DNA from: Candidatus Omnitrophota bacterium
GTDB taxonomy: Bacteria; Omnitrophota; Gorgyraeia; Gygaellales; Profunditerraquicolaceae
Length of the DNA: 64,000 nt
NCBI GenBank assembly: GCA_025453395.1
Contig: JALOQK010000001.1
Location: forward strand, 166,313-230,312
Reading direction: 5' to 3'
The translations under genes were made by a program, and so were the position numbers. The notes beneath the pieces were generated by a model. The model had not been told where the DNA came from. It was given only the letters and a program-made list of their open reading frames with translations, and searched no databases. Shown one piece after another: positions 36,458 to 44,872 of the stretch (position 1 is its first letter; every line of letters starts with the position of its first letter).

Positions 36458-36591
36458 GCGGTATTGCTTAGGGCGACTTACCTGCAAATCCGCTTGCGGA
36501 AGAAACCGCTAAATTGACAAGTTTTGTTCCCGGGCTGGTGTGGAAAATATCGCGCCTTAAGATGAAACACAAAGCGCGCCTTTTCATGCAA

Positions 36592-37854
36592 TTACCTCTT
36601 TTTATTGGTCGAACTGGCTTCTTGAGGATTTTTCCAAAATTCCCTGATCACATAATAAGCCTGACGGGGAATCCTTTTATTTAAACCCTGCCCGCCGGCA
36701 GACTGTGCGCCTTCTGTTTCTTCGGACAATCCCACGATCCCAAACCATTCCTCATTCATATTCTTATTCCCGGGCGCCTGGTTATCAAAATAATAACTTC
36801 CGTTAGACCAGTTGGAACCGGTGTCATGAACTTTCCAGCTGCCGGGGTTAGATTCATTATTCTTCCACCATTCATCAGTCCATTCAAACATAAAACCGCC
36901 CAAACAATTTCCTTCTCCTTGGCTGCTGGAATAAAGATTGTTGTAGATCTGCCGCCACTGTGATTCCAAAAAGAATGCCTGCATCTGCTGGTCTTCTTTT
37001 TGGTTGTAGGCGTCATAACAATCTGCGCCAAACTCAGATAAGAATACCGGAAGGTCAAAAGTTGTCTTTAAAGAGCTAAAGAAATTACCGAAACTTTTCC
37101 CTCGGTAAATAATACAAGCAATAATATCAATGTCTTTACAAACCAAAGAAGCAGTATCAAGGCCAAACAATTCACCGTTTCCTAAGGCAACCGGATGGGC
37201 TGTGTCAATTTTCTTTATTTCCCGGGCTATATCATTAACATACGAATAATAAATCTTGGCGCGCATAGATTGCTGGGCACGGGGGTCTTTTTCATTGTCT
37301 ATTTCTTCTGTGGACCACGGGTTAACCCTGCCCAAACAGGAATAATTATTTTCGTTACCCAAGATCCAGCACAACACCCCGGGTTCATCTTTGTAAAGGC
37401 GCACCATTTCCAAGACTTCATTCTTTATTTTTTTCTGGAATTCTTGATTTCCGTAGAATGGACAGGGATAATTCCAAAACCCCAGCCAGCTTCCTAACGC
37501 GGTGCGAATACCAAATTTCTCATAGAGATCTCTTATGACAAGCCTGACTTTCTCCGGGTCTTCGCCTGATTCATACAAGCGCACTGCGTTAATGCCCATA
37601 TCCTGCATTAGTTTGCCGTCTACCAACCACGGCTTATGGGGGTCCTGATACCATTCATATTCATGGCCTTGCCCCACAGAAACAGGATTATAGCAAACCC
37701 CTTTGATAACAAATGGTTTTCCATCTACCATTAATTGATACCGGCTATTCGTTGATTTTTTTATATAAACAGAGGGCTTAGGCGCAGCAAAAGAAACACC
37801 AAAAGATACCGCCAAAAAGAACAGAAACAAGGGGACGGTTCTATTTTTCAGCAT
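36592..37854 (-). CDS. Secreted clan GH-A (TIM-barrel) glycoside hydrolase
   Basis: Signal peptide MLKNRTVPLFLFFLAVSFGVSFAAP. Catalytic blocks GINAVRLY, WILGNENNY (acid/base NE) and FLSEFGADCYD (nucleophile E). The ORF track extends it to 37929 through the hairpin repeat; the start is placed at the ATG in the hairpin loop (37854). Confidence 0.7.
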   Translation of the reverse strand: MLKNRTVPLFLFFLAVSFGVSFAAPKPSVYIKKSTNSRYQLMVDGKPFVIKGVCYNPVSVGQGHEYEWYQDPHKPWLVDGKLMQDMGINAVRLYESGEDPEKVRLVIRDLYEKFGIRTALGSWLGFWNYPCPFYGNQEFQKKIKNEVLEMVRLYKDEPGVLCWILGNENNYSCLGRVNPWSTEEIDNEKDPRAQQSMRAKIYYSYVNDIAREIKKIDTAHPVALGNGELFGLDTASLVCKDIDIIACIIYRGKSFGNFFSSLKTTFDLPVFLSEFGADCYDAYNQKEDQQMQAFFLESQWRQIYNNLYSSSQGEGNCLGGFMFEWTDEWWKNNESNPGSWKVHDTGSNWSNGSYYFDNQAPGNKNMNEEWFGIVGLSEETEGAQSAGGQGLNKRIPRQAYYVIREFWKNPQEASSTNKKR

Positions 37855-37900
37855 AAAAATAGAACCGTCCCCTTTATTCGAACCGTCCCCTTTATTCGAA
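37831..37900. repeat. Palindromic hairpin element, copy 2 (GGGGACGGTTCTATTTTT-cagcat-AAAAATAGAACCGTCCCC), plus a duplicated cgaaccgtcccctttatt tail
   Basis: Perfect 18 bp stem. The loop contains the probable GH start codon (the minus strand reads ...TATTTTTATGCTGAAAAATAGAACCGTCCCC). Confidence 0.7.
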
Positions 37901-37921
37901 TTCCGAATCCTAAATTCTGTT

Positions 37922-39100
37922 TTATTCATACTTTATTTCATCAAGAGAGAATACTACGCCGTCAGGATTAACATCAAGATTAGTCGCCCAGCAAAAACCT
38001 CCAATAATATAAGAAAGATCCTTTCCTTTCAAATCAATTGTGTACTGGGTCCATTCTTTATTTAATATAACTGGACCTATTCCGGAGCTATCAGAATCAG
38101 AGAATTCACCCATAATGCCTCCTAGCTTGAATTCTTCAATTCTTTCTCCGCCTTTTTCACCGCGCGCCCAGAAAGTAACTTTGACAGCTTTAGAAAGATC
38201 ATACCCGGCATCTACGCTTCCCCAGTTATTCGCTGGATTCTGCCAATAAGTCCCTGCCCAGCGCGAACCTTGAGTAGCTTTATTGTTATAGGTAATCTTA
38301 ATACAGGTATCGCCTAAATAGGGATCTTCTTTGCTGTTAGTATCGATCTTGATATCGCTGTAATCGCCCATCCATCCCGCTGGAATAAAATGATTCTTGG
38401 CTGACGAACGGTCTGAAAACACGTAAAAAGGCATAGCTTCCTGTTTTCTTCCCTCTGGCTTCAAAGTCGGGTCCATTTCAAATCTAATATCATCAATATA
38501 AAATGTAGCGCCGTTAGGATTGACATCAGCGTTAGTCACCCAGCCAAAACCTGCGCTTATATAAGAAAGGTCTTTGCCGGCTAAATTAATGCTGTATTCT
38601 TTCCATGCGTCAGTTAATTCCACAGGGCCCATCTCAACAGTAGCAGAATCAGGATATGTTCCTTTAATGCCTCCTAAAATAAACTTCTGGATAACTTCTC
38701 CGCCTTTTTCACCGCGCGCCCAGAAAACAATCTTGTTCATGCCGGTTAAATCAAAGCCGCCTTTTTTAGAACCCCAGTTATTCGCTGGATTCTGCCAATA
38801 AACCCCTACCCAGCCCTGGCCTTGGGATCTTTTCGCAGAATAAATAAATTTCAGGCAGCTTGCGCCAGAATGGGCATTGTTCATTTCCTGATCATTCATG
38901 ATCACATCACCCGTATCTCCCATCCAACCAGAAGGGATATAGTGGTTTTCTGGAGAACGCTTATCCGCATAAACACCAAACACCTTGTCCGTTGAGGCCA
39001 GCGCAGGCGCGGCAGCCGGCGCAGACTCTTCAGCAACAGCCACAGAGACTATCCCTACCAAGCCTAACACGGCAATTGCCATTAATGCCAATTTCTTCAT
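37922..39100 (-). CDS. Secreted protein with two tandem ~170 aa beta-rich domains (putative carbohydrate-binding modules)
   Basis: Signal peptide MKKLALMAIAVLGLVGIVSVAVA. There is an internal duplication: HYIPSGWMGD...YWQNPANNWGSKKGGFDLTGMNKIVFWARGEKGGEVIQKFILGGIKG versus HFIPAGWMGD...YWQNPANNWGSVDAGYDLSKAVKVTFWARGEKGGERIEEFKLGGIMG. Confidence 0.55.
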   Translation of the reverse strand: MKKLALMAIAVLGLVGIVSVAVAEESAPAAAPALASTDKVFGVYADKRSPENHYIPSGWMGDTGDVIMNDQEMNNAHSGASCLKFIYSAKRSQGQGWVGVYWQNPANNWGSKKGGFDLTGMNKIVFWARGEKGGEVIQKFILGGIKGTYPDSATVEMGPVELTDAWKEYSINLAGKDLSYISAGFGWVTNADVNPNGATFYIDDIRFEMDPTLKPEGRKQEAMPFYVFSDRSSAKNHFIPAGWMGDYSDIKIDTNSKEDPYLGDTCIKITYNNKATQGSRWAGTYWQNPANNWGSVDAGYDLSKAVKVTFWARGEKGGERIEEFKLGGIMGEFSDSDSSGIGPVILNKEWTQYTIDLKGKDLSYIIGGFCWATNLDVNPDGVVFSLDEIKYE

Positions 39101-39159
39101 TTTACTTCCTCCTTTTTATTTTTATCTATTTTAAGCACTCTTTTCTGTTTTTATTCTCT

Positions 39160-39200
39160 AATTTTGAATTTTTAGTTTTTAGTTTTGAACTTTTAATCCC
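39160..39200. repeat. Partial, inverted copy (E) of the MITE/REP-like element, left half only
   Basis: The reverse complement ttaaaagttcaaaactaaaaactaaaaattcaaaattagag matches the ctaaaaac...ataattcaaaa half of copies A-D. Confidence 0.4.
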
Positions 39201-39205
39201 CCTTT

Positions 39206-41527
39206 CTACCTCCAAAGCTTTTGATATAAATAATAAGATTTGCGTAAATGCCTCAAGAATGGGCTATCTTTGCCTTGGCCTTGCGAACAAAGGCCAAACC
39301 ATTCTTCATAGTAATATCCGTCCGGAAACGGGCCTATAGCGATACCTTTAGTATCATGCAGGCTTGGCTCATAAGCCTTCCACCATTCATCCACCCACTC
39401 AAAAACTACTGCCCCGATAGAATTACCGGCGCCTTCTTGAAAAGCCATATTCATAGCGATATCTTCCCATGCTGCCTTATGGTAGTTAGCCTGAAGCTGT
39501 TCGCCTTCTTCTGGTAACCTGCCTTGAGAATAAGCAGGACAGCCGTATTCTGTGATAAATACCGGGACATCTGCTGCTTCTTTTACCTGCTTCCACAAAA
39601 ATCCAAAGCCATAATCCCCCCTGTAGGCATTAATGCCGAAAATGTCCACAGCTGGGGCGTTCTTAGAGAAACTATTTAAGTATAGCACATCTCCGTTGCA
39701 AATAGCAACCGGATGGGCTGTGTCAATAGATTTGATCATTTCCGCCGCCTGGTTGACAAAAGAAAAATAAGCGTCCGGCTCTTTGTCCGCGTTGCAAGCA
39801 TAACCATAGACATTTTCATTTCCCAAAAGCCAAAACAAAATATAAGGCTCATTTTTATATTCTTCCACCATTTTTCTCACAGATGCGAGCATATTCTTTT
39901 TATGCTCCGGGTTCTTGTAATCTGTCCCCGGATTCCAGGAGGCCCCTGAACCAATGGCATATTTACCCAAGAAATCCCCCATGATTACTCTTATGCCGTA
40001 TTTCTCATACATCTGGCGCAATATTTGTTTATCCGGCTGAAATGGCTGATGATATATCCTCATGGTATTTACGCCCATCATCTTCATCAGCCTAAAATCC
40101 CCAACTGAAGGCTCATTGGAATCTTGTTTGCCGTTATTATTACGGTCCACATAGGCGTCATACGGCCCATCAATCTTACCGTTTTTATTAAAATCACTCT
40201 TCATCCAATCACTCAATGTTTTGTCATCCGGGGATTCGCCTATCTTTGTGGGGGCATAAGTGATGCCTTTTATAATATAAGGCCTGCCATCAACTATCAT
40301 CTGCCAATCGCCGTTCTTATACTGGATAAGATGCACCTTGCCTTTACCGCGGCGCCTTTTAATGTTCAATAAATCATACGCCGGGCGAGGGGTAATCTTT
40401 TGCAGAAAGGTCACCTTTTCAAACTTGCCCGGGTTGGCAATCACAATGTCATTAGCAACACTATTATCATAACCATTTATTATCTTAATATCCAGGCCTG
40501 TAAGCCGATAGCCGATTTGAGGGTTGCTGCGCAAAAGAGAAATTACTTTACTTGCGGCGGCCTGCCCTATGTACCAAGGCGTATGCCAATAGGTCCAACC
40601 GTAACTGCCCGGAAAATGCACCACAATGGCGTAATAACATTTGATCGCCTGCTTGATTAACCCCGACTTTTCAAACATCAATCCTGTATAAAACAGTTTG
40701 GTGGCCGGCGATTCCGGAGCAGTAGCCCATTTTAAGAAAGCCGCCTCCAGGTCCGGAGAATGCACAAAATCCCAGTGGCTTCCCTCAAGCCGTTTCTCTT
40801 TAAGGGCCTTTTTATACTCCGGGTCCCAGCGCACAGAAGTAGTATTAGGATAAATGCCTTCGCCAACAGCCGCGCTTAATCCCTCTTGATCATTAATCAC
40901 ATATTTATAATCTTTTGTGCCCGCCCCAATAAATTGGCCATATTTAGCATAATCCACAAATTCTTCCCTGCCCGCGTCATAAAGGATTATTTTTGTGACC
41001 AACTGGCTGACTTGAGGTTTTTGCTCTTGCCCAATAACACCTGTATTGATTTTCTCAAGGCTCTTTTTACTGGCGTCAGCAATCTGCCAATACCATCCGC
41101 GCGGATCCCAGCTTTGCGCAAAAGAATATTTATCAATAATAAGCTGAAAGGTTTTCTTGGCATCCTCAATTTTATCCTGGCGCATATAACTTTCAGCCTG
41201 GATAAAATAGGCCACCGCCACATCATTTAGCGCCTGGACGGAAGCGATTTCTTTATCTTTAGGAAGGCTTGTTAATGACGCCTGCTCTTGGGCCGCTTCT
41301 TGCTTATATAACTGGATACACTGATTGGTATATTGGAAAGTCGCCTCTACATCATACTTACCATGCGCTTCCCAAGCTTTAGTAATTAATTCACTGGAAG
41401 ATGGCTTATCTTCTGCAAGCGCAAAATGTAAAGCGAAAAACGCAAAACCAAAACTTAAAACTAAAAGTTTTAAATTTTGAATTATAATTTTACGCTTTGC
41501 GCTTTTCGTTTTTCGCTGAAATTTCAT
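39206..41527 (-). CDS. Secreted multidomain clan GH-A glycoside hydrolase with a helical/TPR-like N-terminal region and a Ca-binding (dockerin/EF-hand-like) loop
   Basis: C-terminal TIM-barrel blocks GVNTMRIYHQ, WLLGNENVYGYACN and FITEYGCPAYS are homologous to the 36592 GH. It also carries DFNKNGKIDGPYDAYVDRNNNGKQDSNE, a DxNxNGxID-type repeat. The N-terminal 40 aa are encoded by repeat D and look like a signal peptide (KRK-LLVLSFGFAFFALHFALA-ED). Confidence 0.7.
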   Translation of the reverse strand: MKFQRKTKSAKRKIIIQNLKLLVLSFGFAFFALHFALAEDKPSSSELITKAWEAHGKYDVEATFQYTNQCIQLYKQEAAQEQASLTSLPKDKEIASVQALNDVAVAYFIQAESYMRQDKIEDAKKTFQLIIDKYSFAQSWDPRGWYWQIADASKKSLEKINTGVIGQEQKPQVSQLVTKIILYDAGREEFVDYAKYGQFIGAGTKDYKYVINDQEGLSAAVGEGIYPNTTSVRWDPEYKKALKEKRLEGSHWDFVHSPDLEAAFLKWATAPESPATKLFYTGLMFEKSGLIKQAIKCYYAIVVHFPGSYGWTYWHTPWYIGQAAASKVISLLRSNPQIGYRLTGLDIKIINGYDNSVANDIVIANPGKFEKVTFLQKITPRPAYDLLNIKRRRGKGKVHLIQYKNGDWQMIVDGRPYIIKGITYAPTKIGESPDDKTLSDWMKSDFNKNGKIDGPYDAYVDRNNNGKQDSNEPSVGDFRLMKMMGVNTMRIYHQPFQPDKQILRQMYEKYGIRVIMGDFLGKYAIGSGASWNPGTDYKNPEHKKNMLASVRKMVEEYKNEPYILFWLLGNENVYGYACNADKEPDAYFSFVNQAAEMIKSIDTAHPVAICNGDVLYLNSFSKNAPAVDIFGINAYRGDYGFGFLWKQVKEAADVPVFITEYGCPAYSQGRLPEEGEQLQANYHKAAWEDIAMNMAFQEGAGNSIGAVVFEWVDEWWKAYEPSLHDTKGIAIGPFPDGYYYEEWFGLCSQGQGKDSPFLRHLRKSYYLYQKLWR
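41424..41527. repeat. Copy D of the MITE/REP-like element
   Basis: gtaAAGCGAAAAAcgcaaaaccaaaacttaaaactaaaagttttaaattttgaATTATAATTTTACGCTTTGCGCTTTTCGTTTTTCGCTg. The terminal inverted repeats are conserved. Confidence 0.55.
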
Positions 41528-41542
41528 TTTACAATCACTCCT

Positions 41543-43036
41543 CTAGTCACGTCTTTCTTTTCTGCGCTTTTCTTCTTCAACTCGCTTTTCTTCGCTTCGT
41601 CTTTCTCCTCTTCGCCTTTCAACCTGCATGCGAACGTCATGGCACTTAGCCTCTGACATGTCAAAAGTCATAATAATAAAAATTGCCGCCAGGGAAGTAA
41701 CAATCGGAATGCCGATATCGCACAGGCGCATATACAATAAAGCCTTGGGCGTCTGGTTGGCGGCTAACGCGATATTAAAGCCGGTTACATTTAAGAGAAC
41801 CCCGGAGAGAACCGAGGCGCCTGCCTGCCCGAGTTTTTGTATCCACCAATAAATACCGCTAAACATACCTTCTCTGCGGGTGCCGGTTTGCAGTTCGTCC
41901 AGATCGCAGACATCAGCAACCATGGAAGGAACCATGGTAAAAAGCGCCCCCAGATGAAATGCCAGAAACGGGACAGCGATCATCAATAAATAGGGATGTT
42001 GAGGATTATACCCTATCCATTTCAAGGCATAACCAAAAATTGCCAGGCACATGGCAATTAAAAAGGTCTTTCTTTTCCCAAGCTTTGTGGAAATCCAGGT
42101 AGTCAAAGAAATTGCAATAAAAGTACAGATGGAACTAGCCGTTCCAAACCAACCCAATAATGTTCCGCCTTTACCCCAATCTCCAGCATAAACATAATAT
42201 ACAATAACATACAGCGTAAAGGCGCTGGCTAACATGAATCCGTTGAAGATCAAGAATGTTACCGCGATAAGCTTAACAAAGGGAATGCACTTTAAAGAAG
42301 TCGCGCAATTGCTCAACAGTCCCTTTATAACATTCCAATATCCCTTTTCTTTCTTAGGCCTGGGCAAATCAGCGAATTGCTCTTTATTAAAAATAGCCGG
42401 AAGAATGCCTCCAACTATGATAAAAACCCCAACCATAATAGATATAGACCGCGCTCCATGGACAATATCCGTAAACATCGCTTTGTTATTCATCAGCTTA
42501 AAAAACCAGGGCGCGACAAGCCAGGCAATTTGAGCGAAAAAATTGCTGAATCCCTGCAAGCGGGTACGCTCATGATAATCAGGCGTCATTTCATACCCTA
42601 GCGCGATCCAGGGGATAGAATAACAGGCAAAAGAAATAACAAAGAAACATTGGATTATTAAAAAGTACCAAAAATAGAAACTTTCAACATGCCCCTTATG
42701 CAGCTGGAACATGAGCGCGAATAAAACACCCGAAGTAACAGCCCCAAAAAATATCCAAGGCTTACGTCGCCCCCAGCGGGTCCGGGTATTGTCTGAACTA
42801 TGGCCGATCAATGGATCTGAAAAGGCATCAATAAGCCGCGGGATGGCCCCAATCAAGCCCACTAAAGCCGGGTTCATGCCTAACCCTAAGTTTAAAACAA
42901 TAACCAGCGATCCAATAGCCGCGGCCTGGAATTGATTAACCAGCGACCCTATGCTATATGCTAATTTCTGAAAAATAGAAATACGGTCTTTGCTAGCTGT
43001 AGTATGGTGTTTTAACTTACCGGCTGATTGTTCCAT
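41543..43036 (-). CDS. GPH-family (MelB-like) glycoside:cation symporter, MFS superfamily
   Basis: 12-TM transporter carrying the GPH family DxxxGxxxD/E-type motif (LIDAFSDPLIGHSSD), plus a highly charged Arg/Glu-rich C-terminal tail. Confidence 0.75.
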   Translation of the reverse strand: MEQSAGKLKHHTTASKDRISIFQKLAYSIGSLVNQFQAAAIGSLVIVLNLGLGMNPALVGLIGAIPRLIDAFSDPLIGHSSDNTRTRWGRRKPWIFFGAVTSGVLFALMFQLHKGHVESFYFWYFLIIQCFFVISFACYSIPWIALGYEMTPDYHERTRLQGFSNFFAQIAWLVAPWFFKLMNNKAMFTDIVHGARSISIMVGVFIIVGGILPAIFNKEQFADLPRPKKEKGYWNVIKGLLSNCATSLKCIPFVKLIAVTFLIFNGFMLASAFTLYVIVYYVYAGDWGKGGTLLGWFGTASSICTFIAISLTTWISTKLGKRKTFLIAMCLAIFGYALKWIGYNPQHPYLLMIAVPFLAFHLGALFTMVPSMVADVCDLDELQTGTRREGMFSGIYWWIQKLGQAGASVLSGVLLNVTGFNIALAANQTPKALLYMRLCDIGIPIVTSLAAIFIIMTFDMSEAKCHDVRMQVERRRGERRSEEKRVEEEKRRKERRD

Positions 43037-43139
43037 TAATTAACCTTTCTGTTTTTGATTAAAACCCCTTTTAACGACAAGTGTTGCATTATAACAAATA
43101 TATCCGCCCTAAGCAATGTTATTGTCCGCCCTTAAAAGC

Positions 43140-43988
43140 TTATTCAAATACGCTGGCTTGGATCACTCCCCTGACAATATGCTTCTGCATTAATAAATAC
43201 ACTATAATTATAGGAAGCGCGGTTATAGTCAATCCCGCCATCAAAAGCGGGTAATTAGTCAAAAATTCCCCCTGAAACAAAACTAATGCCCGCTGAAGCG
43301 GCATCAGGCTTTTATTGTCAAATATCACAAGGGCCAAAACATATTCATTCCAAACATTAAGCGCGTTAAAAACCACCACCACCGCAATCATCGGCCTGGC
43401 AAAAGGCAATGCCACATGCCACCAGATGCCGATTTTGGAACAACCATCAATGCGCGCGGCGTCCTCAAGCTCTTTTGGCATCTTGTCAAAAAAGGTTTTA
43501 AGCAGGAATATGCTGCTTGATAAGCCAACATTGATCATGCATAAAATATAACCGATAGAGGTATCTCTTAATTGTAATTTATTTAAGAGCACGTATAGCG
43601 CCACAAAGCTTCCTGGAATAGGGATCATCATCGCCGCTATAAAAGTTAAAAACATCACATTCTTCCCGGGAAAACGAAAACGGGAAAAAGCATACCCCGC
43701 CAGAGAAGCAATAACCACGATCCCAAGCACAACCGAAACAGTATAGAAAATACTGTTTAAGAAATTCCCCCCGAATCCGCCTTGTTGCCAGGCATTAAAA
43801 TAGTTTTCAAAATGAAATTTACGCGGGATCAGTGAACCGCTTGAAAAAATCGTATCTTGCGTCTTGAAACTTGCGCAAACCATCCACAATAACGGATAAA
43901 GGCAGGTAATAGCCACACTAATAAGAAATAAGTGGATGAAGGAATTTAAAATGGCTTTCTTTATCTTGTAATAAGCGCTGTTTTTCAT
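43140..43988 (-). CDS. Carbohydrate ABC transporter permease (inner-membrane component)
   Basis: EAA loop ELEDAARIDGCSKIGIWWHVALPFARP, 6 TM segments, and the MalG/UgpE-like position. Confidence 0.85.
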   Translation of the reverse strand: MKNSAYYKIKKAILNSFIHLFLISVAITCLYPLLWMVCASFKTQDTIFSSGSLIPRKFHFENYFNAWQQGGFGGNFLNSIFYTVSVVLGIVVIASLAGYAFSRFRFPGKNVMFLTFIAAMMIPIPGSFVALYVLLNKLQLRDTSIGYILCMINVGLSSSIFLLKTFFDKMPKELEDAARIDGCSKIGIWWHVALPFARPMIAVVVVFNALNVWNEYVLALVIFDNKSLMPLQRALVLFQGEFLTNYPLLMAGLTITALPIIIVYLLMQKHIVRGVIQASVFE

Positions 43989-44872
43989 TCTCGTGTTTTT
44001 ACTTTGACAGAAAAACGATACTGGATAAATGAAATAGCCACCAGAACCAACCCAAAGGTAACCCCTTGCGCGCAGGCATAGCCAAAACGCGAGCTGCCGC
44101 GCATTGAAGCTAAAATCCTTAAGACCGGCACTGACGTATGCCCGGCGAATTCTCCTGCTACCAATCCAATGATCAAGGCAAACACCTGCATACTGCCTAA
44201 GACCGTGAGTATCCCCACTAAAACAATAACCGGCAGCATCAAGGGGACTGTAATCTTGCGAAAAGACTGCCAGGCATTTGCTCCGTCAACGCGCGCCGCT
44301 TCATAAAGTTCGCGCGGAATAGTTTGCAACCCCGCCAAGAATATAAGAAACCCCCAACCAAACCCCTTCCAGCAATGCACTATTGCTACGGTAGTAAGCA
44401 CAGTCTTAGGATCAGACAACCAGTTGTGCGCTAAATTAGATAAACCAACCTGAATAAGCATGCGGTTAATAATATTTGCTCCGTCAATATCATTGATAAT
44501 AAAACGCCCCACCATGCCCACTACTATTTCCGATAATATGGGAGGAATGAAAAATATCAAGCGATACCAATTTTTCATCCGGATTTCACGGTCACACGCC
44601 CAGGCCAGCATAAATGCCAATATGTTCTGAAAGGTAAGCGCGATCAAAGTAATATACCCGGCATTGCCCATCGCCTGCCACCAACTCGCATCCTGAAAGA
44701 ATATTTCTTTAAAATTAGCCAGGCCCACAAAAACACGTGTGAGCGATATCCCATCCCATTCATAAAGCCCGAGTTGAAAAACCCAGATAAACGGAATTAT
44801 ATAAAATACAGAAAAAATCGCCACCGCCGGCAGCACAAAGGCATAATTTTCTAAAGTAGATTTTATCCGCAT
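43985..44872 (-). CDS. Carbohydrate ABC transporter permease (MalF/UgpA-like)
   Basis: EAA loop ELYEAARVDGANAWQSFRKITVPLMLP, 6 TM segments. Confidence 0.85.
   Translation of the reverse strand: MRIKSTLENYAFVLPAVAIFSVFYIIPFIWVFQLGLYEWDGISLTRVFVGLANFKEIFFQDASWWQAMGNAGYITLIALTFQNILAFMLAWACDREIRMKNWYRLIFFIPPILSEIVVGMVGRFIINDIDGANIINRMLIQVGLSNLAHNWLSDPKTVLTTVAIVHCWKGFGWGFLIFLAGLQTIPRELYEAARVDGANAWQSFRKITVPLMLPVIVLVGILTVLGSMQVFALIIGLVAGEFAGHTSVPVLRILASMRGSSRFGYACAQGVTFGLVLVAISFIQYRFSVKVKTRE

Noticed and set aside
36440-36520. Possible small RNA or tRNA-like sequence (ggggatagtcaagcggt...ccgcttg stem)
   Set aside because: No acceptor/T-arm (GTTCGAATC-type) structure could be built. The 7 bp stem lies upstream of the -35 of the pilB promoter and so is probably not transcribed in that direction.
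38040-38801. Two plus-strand ORFs (38040-38249, 38574-38801) sharing ...PPFSPRAQK...EPQLFAGFCQ
   Set aside because: They are the antisense image of the tandem-duplicated domain in the 37922-39100 gene, not independent genes.
41543-43036. Highly charged C-terminal tail (ERRRGERRSEEKRVEEEKRRKERRD) of the MFS symporter as a separate feature
   Set aside because: It is a low-complexity tail continuous with the transporter ORF, with no independent evidence of function.
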